From positions 1 to 63,410 of the forward strand of contig CACYHY010000002.1 in NCBI GenBank assembly GCA_902774305.1: DNA of 63,410 nucleotides, read 5' to 3'. The number at the start of each line of letters is the position of its first letter. Position 1 is the first letter of the stretch. This document shows positions 27,047-36,053 of the stretch, in pieces. This stretch comes from an uncultured Pseudomonadota bacterium. Lineage in GTDB: Bacteria > Pseudomonadota > Alphaproteobacteria > Rs-D84. A program made the position numbers and the translations under genes. Below the pieces are notes generated by a model, which was not told the DNA's origin, did not search any database, and worked only from the letters and a program-made list of their open reading frames with translations.

Positions 27047-27400
27047 ATGTATGAATTATTACAACATTTAATTGCTTTAAAGTATTCGTGTAAAATAAAT
27101 CATTGGTCCACAGATGACTATGCACGACATTTGTTGTTTGATAGATTAAGTGAAGATATAGATGATTGGGTTGATAAAATTGCAGAACGTTATTTTATGG
27201 CAACCGAAGATAAAAATATTTTCAAAGCAAATATATTAAATCCTAAATTTGTTGAATTAGATATTGTTAAAAAATGTGTATATTTGATTGAGACAATCGA
27301 AAGGATTGTTGCAGATCAAGAAGTAAATCAGGGAATGGTGTCTTTGTTGACCGATATAGAATCCGGACTTTTGAATAAATTGGCTTTGGCAAGGTTATAA
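27047..27400 (+). CDS. small Dps/ferritin-like four-helix protein
   Basis: 117 aa from the ATG at 27047 (RBS aaaaggag). INHWST..ARHLLFDRLSEDIDDWVDKIAERY parallels the Dps HW...H..F..l.E...D.IAER ferroxidase region. Confidence 0.55.
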   Translation: MYELLQHLIALKYSCKINHWSTDDYARHLLFDRLSEDIDDWVDKIAERYFMATEDKNIFKANILNPKFVELDIVKKCVYLIETIERIVADQEVNQGMVSLLTDIESGLLNKLALARL

Positions 27401-27424
27401 TAGTGCCATATAGTTATGATTATG

Positions 27425-27449
27425 CCGACCAAAAAATGGTCGGTTTTTT
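27425..27449 (+). terminator. intrinsic terminator
   Basis: ccgacc-aaaaaat-ggtcgg hairpin followed by a T6-run. Confidence 0.7.
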
Positions 27450-27451
27450 AT

Positions 27452-27481
27452 ATAAAAACCCATACGCTTTTGACGTATGGG
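27452..27481 (-). terminator. intrinsic terminator of the OMP gene
   Basis: cccatacg / cgtatggg hairpin, followed on the minus strand by a T-run. Confidence 0.65.
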
Positions 27482-27514
27482 AAACAGATTGTTATAAATT
27501 ATGAAAGATTTGTT

Positions 27515-28123
27515 TTAGAACATAAATCTGATACCTAAATCAGCACCAAAATTATGTAAACCGGACATTACATCAACATATGTATAACGTGCCGCAACAT
27601 CTACAGCAAATTGTTCCATATCAAATGTCATACCCATCATACCAGTCGCAGAAAAACCTGCTTTGTCATTTGTATGTGAAGCAATACCTGCGCCGGAACG
27701 TTTAATTGATGCAAAACCAGCACCAGCACCCAGACCGACAAATGGTCTGATCATTGCTGTACATGGACCAAATTCCATATATGTGTTCATCAACAATGTT
27801 TGTAAATTTGTTTTTACATCGACATCTGCTGCACCAAATCTGGCGGAATCTTTGGCGGCGCCGTTAATTGACCATTCAATTTCAGAACGGAATTGTTTGT
27901 TAATCTCTAAACCCATAGCAACACGTCCTTGAAGAACGGCATCTGTCATAGATTCTTTTTCGTTTAAGTAATTATAATTTAAGTTAGAATAGGTTATACC
28001 ACCACGTAATCCTACATATGGGTCTAAACCACCAACTTGCCAAGAACTGCCATCGCGTGGATGACCAGCAAAGGCAGGGCATGCGATTAATACAGCAAGT
28101 GTAGAAATAGCAATTTTTTTCAT
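27515..28123 (-). CDS. small outer-membrane beta-barrel protein (Omp25/31 / OMP_b-brl-like)
   Basis: 202 aa. Signal peptide ...ACPAFA, alternating beta-strand pattern, C-terminal GADLGIRFMF ending in Phe. Confidence 0.8.
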   Translation of the reverse strand: MKKIAISTLAVLIACPAFAGHPRDGSSWQVGGLDPYVGLRGGITYSNLNYNYLNEKESMTDAVLQGRVAMGLEINKQFRSEIEWSINGAAKDSARFGAADVDVKTNLQTLLMNTYMEFGPCTAMIRPFVGLGAGAGFASIKRSGAGIASHTNDKAGFSATGMMGMTFDMEQFAVDVAARYTYVDVMSGLHNFGADLGIRFMF

Positions 28124-28263
28124 ATCGTTTCTCCTTTTGATTTTTTTGTTTTTCTTATGTGTCGATACAAAAATAATATCAGATATTTGCTGGTTTTTAT
28201 ATAGGTATGGATGCCCAATGTTTTAAGAATTTTTTCCTTTATTTTTATCGATAGTTTATTAAG

Positions 28264-29556
28264 ATGTTTGGTATGAAAGGAAACTTGTTAATTTTTTGTT
28301 TTATAGCATTGGCGTGTATTGCTACGTCTGCTTTGGGTGGTATAATTTCAAGTCCAAGTGAATTGATGTCTGTTACACCAGGGGAAGATGTTATAATTAA
28401 TAATGGTGGTATATATTCTTTACATGATTTGGATTCTGTTGGTGCAAATACAATAAAAATTGATTTTGGTCTGGGTGGCGGTGGTTCTAATCCTAATATG
28501 TTATTGGTAGCAAATTCTGATTTTGATGGCACATTGAATGTACCATTAACAAATTTTATAGATAATTTACAAATACGTTTGATGGATGATTTTTTGAATA
28601 ATGTCAGTGGTACTGAAATTTTACATTTTACAAGTATTACTAATACCAGCGGTGTTATAAATGTTTTTGAAGAAACAGATTCAGGAATGTATGTGTATAA
28701 TTGGGCCACATGTTCAGGTGGAACAGGAATTTGTGTTATACGCAGTTATTCTGATTCATACAATGCTGCAATCAGTGCAAGCCAGCATGAACAGCAGGTT
28801 AGGGCAGTCGGTGTTCAAAATAATCCCAAAATGTTATTACGGCCCATGACGACAATACATCAACATGAATTGTTGGGTTTATATGAATTTTCAGATGATT
28901 TGTCTGTATCTGTTGCACCAGAATATTATGCTGCTAAAAATTTTCATAATCTGGGATTAAAATTAAATTCTGGAACAAAGATTGGTGGACGGTTATCTGT
29001 GGCGTTTGGTGCATATGTGTCCAAGGCAGATTTTCATAATGATGTAAGTGAATTTGAATCTGATGTATACGGTGGAAATCTGCGGTTTTATTATAATATA
29101 GACGAGATGCTATTCTTGCGTGGTGTTGGTGGTGTTAGTTATGCCAGTATAGATTGTGATGGTATAAAAAATGGTGATGGGGTCAAAAATAATCCTGGTG
29201 CATACGGATTTTATGCAGGAATGGATTTCGGAACAAAAATTAATTTTGAATCTGGTTTGTTTATTTCTCCATTTATTGGATATGCCACGCAGTATGAAAA
29301 AGTAGTCGATGCCAATCAAAAAGATTCTTTTGTGCATGTTGGTGGCGATGTCGGTTTTAAGTATTTTATGGATGGTGTTACATACAGTTATATGTTACGT
29401 GCAGGTATCAACACACAAGGTTATTTTGATGGCAGTGCAGGGGTTGGTATATGGACTGTTTCAGACAAAATAGGTGGTTCTATATCATTAGGCTTGTTGA
29501 ATACAGATTTTGGTTGGTCTGGGAAAGTTGCAGCCGATATTAAATTTGCTTTTTAA
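28264..29556 (+). CDS. autotransporter-like outer-membrane protein (short passenger plus beta-barrel)
   Basis: 430 aa. Signal peptide. C-terminal region of about 250 aa with amphipathic beta strands, ending AADIKFAF. Confidence 0.6.
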   Translation: MFGMKGNLLIFCFIALACIATSALGGIISSPSELMSVTPGEDVIINNGGIYSLHDLDSVGANTIKIDFGLGGGGSNPNMLLVANSDFDGTLNVPLTNFIDNLQIRLMDDFLNNVSGTEILHFTSITNTSGVINVFEETDSGMYVYNWATCSGGTGICVIRSYSDSYNAAISASQHEQQVRAVGVQNNPKMLLRPMTTIHQHELLGLYEFSDDLSVSVAPEYYAAKNFHNLGLKLNSGTKIGGRLSVAFGAYVSKADFHNDVSEFESDVYGGNLRFYYNIDEMLFLRGVGGVSYASIDCDGIKNGDGVKNNPGAYGFYAGMDFGTKINFESGLFISPFIGYATQYEKVVDANQKDSFVHVGGDVGFKYFMDGVTYSYMLRAGINTQGYFDGSAGVGIWTVSDKIGGSISLGLLNTDFGWSGKVAADIKFAF

Positions 29557-30851
29557 TCAATTATTTTTCCATGCAAACATGACTTGTTTGCAGATGTAAT
29601 AGTTATTGTTGCCATATTGGTAGGATTATCTGTGGTAACAATACATGGTTGCATATATGGGGTTCTGTAAATATGTTTTTTGCCAGTTTTGTCTGGACCT
29701 TCGTATAAACATTCAAAGGTTTTATCTATGCATGATAAATTGAATTCACGTTGTCTTTCGTTTAACAAGTCATCGAGTTTAATCAATCGTTCGCTTTTTA
29801 TATTTTCGGGAATCTGGTCAGGCATTATTGCCGCCGCAGTATGTGGACGTGGCGAATATTTGAACGAAAAAGAATTTATATAACCAACATGTTTTGCAGC
29901 ATGCATTGTTTGTTCAAAATCATCGTCCGATTCGCCAGGAAATCCGACAATAAAGTCACTGGATATTTGGATATCTGGACGTATGTTTTTGAATTTATCA
30001 ATTATTGCCATGTATTCTGAAATACTGTATTGGCGATGCATGCGCTTTAAAATATTGTCAGAGCCACTTTGTATTGGCATATTCAAAAATGGTAATAACT
30101 TTTTCTCTGTTCCAAAAAGTTCTATTAAATCATCAGTCATTTCTGTTGGATAGCTGGATGTAAAACGAATTCTTTTAACAGAATCTATTTTTGCTGTTGC
30201 TTTTATAACGTCAGATAAACGATATGTTTTTCCATTTTTATCGGTAAATTTATATCCATTTACATTTTGTCCCAAAAAACAAATTTCAATTGCACCAACT
30301 TCAGCTGCATGCATTGTTTCCGCCATTATATCGTTAAAGGCGCGTGAAATTTCAGGTCCGCGAGTGTATGGTACAATGCAATATGTGCAACAGTGGTTAC
30401 AACCTTCTTGGACAGGGATATATGCAACCAATGGTGATTTTGTTATTGGTGGTAATTCATCAAATTTTTCAAGACCACCAAGGTTTATATCCAATAATTT
30501 TGTGTTTGGGTCGGAAAGAATTTCTGGCAGTTTATGATAACTTTGTGGTCCTAAAACGAAATTCAAATCTTTTAGTTTACGAAATGCATCACTGCCGGAT
30601 TCACGAGCCACACACCCAACAATTCCATATATAGCATCTTTCTTTTTTGCAAGACGAATACGCCCCAATGCAGAATATACTTTTTCTGTGGCCTTGGCAC
30701 GAACGGCACAAGTATTTAATAATATTATATCTGCATCTGCAATATCGTCTGTATGCACGTATCCGTGGCGTTCAAGCATTGCAGTAATACGCAATCCATC
30801 GTATACGTTCATTTGGCAACCGAAAGTTTTTATATAGAATTTTTTTTGCAT
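29553..30851 (-). CDS. miaB: tRNA-i6A37 methylthiotransferase MiaB
   Basis: 432 aa. N-terminal FGCQMN, radical-SAM CNHCCTYC, TRAM domain at the C-terminus. Confidence 0.92.
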   Translation of the reverse strand: MQKKFYIKTFGCQMNVYDGLRITAMLERHGYVHTDDIADADIILLNTCAVRAKATEKVYSALGRIRLAKKKDAIYGIVGCVARESGSDAFRKLKDLNFVLGPQSYHKLPEILSDPNTKLLDINLGGLEKFDELPPITKSPLVAYIPVQEGCNHCCTYCIVPYTRGPEISRAFNDIMAETMHAAEVGAIEICFLGQNVNGYKFTDKNGKTYRLSDVIKATAKIDSVKRIRFTSSYPTEMTDDLIELFGTEKKLLPFLNMPIQSGSDNILKRMHRQYSISEYMAIIDKFKNIRPDIQISSDFIVGFPGESDDDFEQTMHAAKHVGYINSFSFKYSPRPHTAAAIMPDQIPENIKSERLIKLDDLLNERQREFNLSCIDKTFECLYEGPDKTGKKHIYRTPYMQPCIVTTDNPTNMATITITSANKSCLHGKIID

Positions 30852-30860
30852 TGTATAAAA

Positions 30861-31028
30861 TTATTTTTGTCTTATATGTTTTGTGTGCGCAATTCTTCTG
30901 TATTTATTGCGTGAATTATAAAATCTATCCAGTCTTCTTTTTGTGTTGTTATTGTATTCCGCAACTTCAACAGTTCCATAACGAACACCAGTGATTGCAT
31001 TGTCTTCAATAATAGTAACTATTTGCAT
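30861..31028 (-). CDS. small basic protein (55 aa), not in the ORF track
   Basis: ATG at 31028 preceded by aaaggaaag. Product MQIVTIIEDNAITGVRYGTVEVAEYNN... with an Arg/Lys-rich tail. Stop at 30861-30863, 10 nt before the miaB start. Confidence 0.35.
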   Translation of the reverse strand: MQIVTIIEDNAITGVRYGTVEVAEYNNNTKRRLDRFYNSRNKYRRIAHTKHIRQK

Positions 31029-31041
31029 TTTCTTTCCTTTT

Positions 31042-31464
31042 TTATTTATGTTTTGTTCTTGTAAAAAATTTGTTGTTGCGAATGTTATTCACACTTTTGA
31101 ATCTGGATAACGATTGTTTGGGATATGTATTTTTATGGTGATGAGATTTATTTGGCATTGGGGCATAAATGACCTCTGGTATATTTGCCATTAAATCTTC
31201 CTTTAATTTAAAAATTTGTCCCCGGGTTTCATCCACAATTTTTTCGGCGATATCAGCCAATGTTGCGGTTGGTTTTTTCGGATCTGTGGCAATCACTATT
31301 GATTGATGTTCAGATTGTTTGTCGTATAACACAGGTTCCAAAACGACGGTCGCATTACGCCTATCGTCTGTGGTTTTTATTTCGCGCATACGCATTAATT
31401 CTGCGATTTTTTGCTTATCATCAACGGTAAATTTTGGTGAAATAAATACGACAATATCAGACAT
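31042..31464 (-). CDS. hypothetical protein with basic C-terminal tail
   Basis: 140 aa. Packed 4 nt downstream of the gatB stop. No motif recognised. Tail HHHKNTYPKQSLSRFKSVNNIRNNKFFTRTKHK. Confidence 0.6.
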   Translation of the reverse strand: MSDIVVFISPKFTVDDKQKIAELMRMREIKTTDDRRNATVVLEPVLYDKQSEHQSIVIATDPKKPTATLADIAEKIVDETRGQIFKLKEDLMANIPEVIYAPMPNKSHHHKNTYPKQSLSRFKSVNNIRNNKFFTRTKHK

Positions 31465-31468
31465 GAAT

Positions 31469-32992
31469 TTATCCCAACTTCTTTTTCATAATTTCATTTA
31501 CAACAGCCGGGTTTGCCTGACCTTTGGTTGCCTTCATAACATTACCAACAAAGAATCCAAGTAATCCAACTTTGCCGGATTTATATTGTTCAACCTGGGC
31601 TGGATTGTTTTTGATAACCTCGTCAACGGCGGATTCTATTGCACCTGTATCAGTGATTTGTTTCATTCCGTATTTATCAGCAATTTCATGAATTGTGCCA
31701 CGTTCGCCGTCCAGCATTTTGATAAAGATTTCTTTGGCCTGTTTACCATTGATTTCATTGGCAGAAATCATATCAACCAATTCAGCAAGGTTTTCTGGTG
31801 TGATAATACGTGGTTCGTCTGCATCACGTTCACGCACTTCATTTGTGATATCAAAGTTTTCAGGATGTGCGAATAATTCAGAAATCATCCAGTTAGCAAT
31901 TGCCTTGGCACGTTGGGGTTTGTCGCCAACCGCAGTATCAAACCATTTTGAAATATCTGTTGTTTCGGTTAAACGTGCCGCGTCATATTCAGATAATCCC
32001 AACTTTGTCATAAAGCGTTCACGAGTAGCCGCTGGTAATTCTGGCATTGTACGACGCACGCGTTCGATTTGGTCATCTGTGATAACCAATGGCAACAAAT
32101 CTGGATCAGGGAAATAACGATAATCCAAAGCATCTTCTTTGGAACGCATAACAGTTGTTGTGCCGTCACCTTGATTAAATCTCATTGTGCAACGGTCAAT
32201 TGTACCGCCGTTTTCAAGTATTTCTATTTGACGTTTTGCTTCGTATTCAATAGCTGTTTTAATGAATTTGAATGAAACCATATTTTTTATTTCGCAACGT
32301 TCATTAAAGGTGTTGGAACCCGCACGACGAACAGAAACATTAACGTCTGCACGCATAGAGCCTTCCTCCATATTGGCCTTGGATACACCCAAGGCACGCG
32401 CCAGTTCACGAATCGCACGTAAGTATTTTTCAGCTTCATCTGGGGAAGTAATATATGAATTGTTTTCAGGATTTTTTGTGTCCAAAAAAGTAACGATTTC
32501 CAGCAACATAACCCCAGAACGATTCAAATCCACGAACGATTTTGATGGGTGCATATCGTGTTTGTTTTTTGCAGCGTCTTGTTCCATGTGTGCACGTTCA
32601 ATCAAAATCTTTTTGGGATTACCGTCATCACCCATAATTTCAATCCAACCACGACCGACAACTGGTGGTTGGTCCGCAGGTTGTGAAATTTGATATCCCT
32701 GAGGCAGGTCAGGGTAGAAATATTGTTTGCGGGCAAAACGACTGACACGAGATATTTCAGCATTTATACCAAGTCCGAATTTGATTGCTTGGTCAACACA
32801 GTATTCGTTTAATACCGGTAACATTCCTGGCATAGCAGCATCAACCATGGAAACCTGGGTATTTGGTGCGACAGATGGATTATAATCAGCGGATGCACCA
32901 CTGAAAATCTTGCTTTTTGATAGAACCTCGATATGAGTTTCTAATCCAATAACTACTTCCCAATCACCTGTTTTTCCTTTAATAGTGTACAT
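31469..32992 (-). CDS. gatB: Asp/Glu-tRNA(Asn/Gln) amidotransferase subunit B
   Basis: 507 aa. WEVVIGLETH, MRADVNVS and the C-terminal YqeY-like tail are typical of GatB. Confidence 0.93.
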   Translation of the reverse strand: MYTIKGKTGDWEVVIGLETHIEVLSKSKIFSGASADYNPSVAPNTQVSMVDAAMPGMLPVLNEYCVDQAIKFGLGINAEISRVSRFARKQYFYPDLPQGYQISQPADQPPVVGRGWIEIMGDDGNPKKILIERAHMEQDAAKNKHDMHPSKSFVDLNRSGVMLLEIVTFLDTKNPENNSYITSPDEAEKYLRAIRELARALGVSKANMEEGSMRADVNVSVRRAGSNTFNERCEIKNMVSFKFIKTAIEYEAKRQIEILENGGTIDRCTMRFNQGDGTTTVMRSKEDALDYRYFPDPDLLPLVITDDQIERVRRTMPELPAATRERFMTKLGLSEYDAARLTETTDISKWFDTAVGDKPQRAKAIANWMISELFAHPENFDITNEVRERDADEPRIITPENLAELVDMISANEINGKQAKEIFIKMLDGERGTIHEIADKYGMKQITDTGAIESAVDEVIKNNPAQVEQYKSGKVGLLGFFVGNVMKATKGQANPAVVNEIMKKKLG

Positions 32993-33042
32993 TTTCTTGC
33001 CCTTTATTTTTTATACAGAAATCTATTTTAACATATTTTTCC

Positions 33043-33071
33043 TTGCATTTTATAATTTTATACTATATTAT
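33043..33071 (+). promoter_or_regulatory. candidate promoter of tRNA-Phe
   Basis: TTGCAT, 17-nt spacer, TATTAT, ending about 14 nt before the tRNA 5' end. Confidence 0.4.
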
Positions 33072-33084
33072 GCTTCTCACGGAT

Positions 33085-33160
33085 GGCCAGATAGCTCAGT
33101 TGGTAGAGCAAGGGACTGAAAATCCCTGTGTCAGTGGTTCGATTCCACTTCTGGCCACCA
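33085..33160 (+). tRNA. tRNA-Phe (anticodon GAA)
   Basis: 76 nt. Acceptor ggccaga/tctggcc, anticodon stem aggga/tccct with loop cuGAAaa, T-arm agtgg-ttcgatt-ccact, encoded CCA. Confidence 0.93.
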
Positions 33161-33164
33161 TTTT

Positions 33165-34634
33165 TTATTCCCCCATTATTTTTGTTGGACGATTATCAAC
33201 CCCCGCGAATTGCTGGATATGTTTTGCTAATTGTAATACACGCAAATCATCAAAACGGCGACCTACAACCTGCATTCCAAGTGGCAGTCCATTGGTCGCC
33301 AATCCTGCAGGTGTGCTGACTGCTGGGACACCCGCCAAATTCATTGCAACGGTAAACAAATCCAATGCGTAATATTCCAATGGTGATAAATCAGAATCTA
33401 ATGGCATTGCAGTACCAGCACCGGCTGGGCATACAATTAAATCGCATTGTTCAAATGCGCGTGTAAAAGCATCTGCAATTAAACGGCGAACACGTGCAGC
33501 TTGCATAAAATATACATCGTATGATTCAGAAGATAATACAGCAGTGCCGATAATCATACGGCGTTGAACCTCTTCGCCAAAGCCAGCAGCACGCGTCTTT
33601 TTGTATGTATCGTAAATGTCACTGCCTTCGACACGTAAACCATAACGAACACCATCATAACGTGCAAGGTTTGATGAAGCCTCAGCTGGGGCGATTATAT
33701 AATATGCCGCCAATGCATCTAGAATGTTTGGAATTGAAACCTCAACAATTTCGGCACCAGCAGATTTCATATCAGCAATGCGTGTTTCGAATAATTTTTT
33801 CATGTCGGCTGATATTTCAACATCTTTGAATTCTTTTATTATACCAATGCGTAATTTTTTGCCATTACCCAAAATTGGTTCCAGTTCAGATTCTACATGG
33901 AAATTTTGATTTGGGGCGCTGGTTGAATCTTTTGGATCGTGACCTGCCATAATAGATAACAAAATGGCAGCATCATCAACTGTACGTGCAATTGGACCAG
34001 GTGTATCCAGACTGGATGCAAATGCGACACATCCCCAACGAGAACACAGTCCATATGTTGGTTTTACACCAACCAATCCTGTGATGGATGCTGGAAAACG
34101 AATCGAACCACCTGTATCGGTGCCTGTTCCACCCATGGCAAGTCCACCCGCCACAGCGGATGTTGTTCCACCCGATGAACCGCCAGCGGTTAATTTACGT
34201 TCGCGTTGCCATGGACTAACTGGGGCACCAAAATAGGAAGTTTTAGAAAAAGTGCCCATTGCAAATTCGTCCAAGTTGGCTTTACCCAACAATACAGTTC
34301 CGGCATCAATATATTTTTGTGAAATAGTTGATTCATATTCTGGAACAAAATTTTCCAACATGTGTGATGCCGCAGTTGTGCGAATACCACGTGTGGCAAA
34401 TAAATCTTTCATTGCAATTGGAATGCCGTCCAAAACGCGTGGTGTACCCGCAGCATAACGTTCGTCCGCTGCTGCCGCATCAGCCAATGCACGTTCAGGG
34501 GTCGTGGTGATATAGCAATTTAATTCAGACCCGAATTTTTCAATACGTGAAAGGTGCGCACGTGTCAATTCAGTCGCAGATATTTCGCGTGATTTTAATT
34601 TTTTTAATGCTTCAACTATTGTTAAATCAATCAT
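33165..34634 (-). CDS. gatA: Glu-tRNA(Gln) amidotransferase subunit A
   Basis: 489 aa from the ATG at 34634 (RBS aggaag). Amidase signature GGSSGG...GTDTGGSIR. Confidence 0.93.
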   Translation of the reverse strand: MIDLTIVEALKKLKSREISATELTRAHLSRIEKFGSELNCYITTTPERALADAAAADERYAAGTPRVLDGIPIAMKDLFATRGIRTTAASHMLENFVPEYESTISQKYIDAGTVLLGKANLDEFAMGTFSKTSYFGAPVSPWQRERKLTAGGSSGGTTSAVAGGLAMGGTGTDTGGSIRFPASITGLVGVKPTYGLCSRWGCVAFASSLDTPGPIARTVDDAAILLSIMAGHDPKDSTSAPNQNFHVESELEPILGNGKKLRIGIIKEFKDVEISADMKKLFETRIADMKSAGAEIVEVSIPNILDALAAYYIIAPAEASSNLARYDGVRYGLRVEGSDIYDTYKKTRAAGFGEEVQRRMIIGTAVLSSESYDVYFMQAARVRRLIADAFTRAFEQCDLIVCPAGAGTAMPLDSDLSPLEYYALDLFTVAMNLAGVPAVSTPAGLATNGLPLGMQVVGRRFDDLRVLQLAKHIQQFAGVDNRPTKIMGE

Positions 34635-34644
34635 TTCTTTCTTC

Positions 34645-35022
34645 CTATTTTTCATTTTGATATTTATCAGCAAATAATTTTTTACCGATTAAATTTATTA
34701 CAAATTCTTCTTGGCATTTACCTGATGCAATTTGTTTTGGACAATGTATTTGTTTATGTATCCCACATTTTTTGCATGTGTTAAGGTTGATTGTTAAATG
34801 TTCTGATTTGGATGCCAGTTTGAATATTTTCATATTGCAGAAATATTGTGACAAATCGACAGACATTGATATTATGCAAGATTCAAATGGAATTTTTGCA
34901 TTTTTGATTTGTTCAATTAAATCATTCATTTCATCAGCAGATAAATGGCCACATGGTTGCGCACCAGACAATCCATAGATGTGTTCAACTGTTTTTAAAT
35001 GTACATTCGACTTTTTTGCCAT
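34645..35022 (-). CDS. hypothetical Cys-containing protein inside the gatC-gatA interval
   Basis: 125 aa. C-terminal CKKCGIHKQIHCPKQIASGKC cluster. 10 nt upstream of the gatA start and 1 nt after the preceding ORF. Confidence 0.6.
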   Translation of the reverse strand: MAKKSNVHLKTVEHIYGLSGAQPCGHLSADEMNDLIEQIKNAKIPFESCIISMSVDLSQYFCNMKIFKLASKSEHLTINLNTCKKCGIHKQIHCPKQIASGKCQEEFVINLIGKKLFADKYQNEK

Positions 35023-35023
35023 A

Positions 35024-35707
35024 TTACTTTTCCTTTACACTTGTAGCATTGATGATGGCAGCATGAAATTTCTTTGCAAAATTTTGCCAATGACGTAATT
35101 CTGGATTGCTATATTTACCAAATGATTTGTATACGTTAACTTGGTCTTGGCAATATTTGTATGTGCTGGCATTCAATAATATAACACCGTATTTCATATA
35201 CAAATAATAGTGCAGGTTATGTTCGACCTGGGACGTAAACGATAAATCTTCTTGAAACTTGCTGTTTTCAATTTCTTGTTTTAGCACAGCGGCTTTTATA
35301 CTGCCACGCTTTTGCATTTTTTCTAATTTTTTAATTGCGGTATCGGCATGCAAAGGTTTGCCACGACGTGCAATATTATTTTTAATCAAAAAGATTGCAC
35401 TGGATTCTGCATTCAATTCATTTAATTTCTTTTTATATTTATTAAATATCTGATGAAATTCCTCGTTGAATTTTTCTTCCTCGGGCGATATAGGTTCACC
35501 GTCTTTGCGGAATGGAAAATTATATTTTTTACTCATTTGATTCCATTCGGTAACCATTTTATCAGACAATACACAATATTTGGCATTTAAATCCAACATA
35601 CGTTTTGTGTGTTTTTCTTTGCGTGTTCTTTTTTTTATAACAGCACCACACATAACAGTATCAGTTACTGTTTTCATTGGATCGTGAATTTTGCGTTTTT
35701 TTACCAT
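35024..35707 (-). CDS. hypothetical Lys-rich protein inside the gatC-gatA interval
   Basis: 227 aa. Starts 12 nt downstream of the gatC stop. No motif recognised. Confidence 0.6.
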   Translation of the reverse strand: MVKKRKIHDPMKTVTDTVMCGAVIKKRTRKEKHTKRMLDLNAKYCVLSDKMVTEWNQMSKKYNFPFRKDGEPISPEEEKFNEEFHQIFNKYKKKLNELNAESSAIFLIKNNIARRGKPLHADTAIKKLEKMQKRGSIKAAVLKQEIENSKFQEDLSFTSQVEHNLHYYLYMKYGVILLNASTYKYCQDQVNVYKSFGKYSNPELRHWQNFAKKFHAAIINATSVKEK

Positions 35708-35719
35708 TATGTTGTCCCT

Positions 35720-36022
35720 TTAATCGGCGTCCATAACCTTTGGTACGGCGAAATATCCACGTGATACACCCGCCTTGTCAGGTGAATTGGCTAATATTTT
35801 ATCGCGGATATTACCATCCGTCACAACATCCGCACGTAATGGTAAATCATGTTCAGATGGGTTCAACAATGGTTCAACACCCTTGGTATCGATTTTTTGT
35901 AATTTATCCAACCATTCGACAACACTGTCGATATTCATTTTTTCTAGTTTTTCGTCAGAGATTTCAATTTTGACAAGGTCTGCGAATTTTTGTAATTGTT
36001 GCTTGCTAAATGCCATTTTCAA
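35720..36022 (-). CDS. gatC: Asp/Glu-tRNA amidotransferase subunit C
   Basis: 100 aa. Typical GatC length, with LAKI/LVKIEISDEE-type N-terminus and a VPKVM-type C-terminus. Confidence 0.88.
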   Translation of the reverse strand: MKMAFSKQQLQKFADLVKIEISDEKLEKMNIDSVVEWLDKLQKIDTKGVEPLLNPSEHDLPLRADVVTDGNIRDKILANSPDKAGVSRGYFAVPKVMDAD

Positions 36023-36053
36023 TCCTATATTTATAAAGTAAAGGAATTATACA

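Noticed and set aside
33043-33372. 109-aa plus-strand ORF covering tRNA-Phe and the 3' end of gatA
   Set aside because: It is explained by the tRNA gene and by antisense of gatA.
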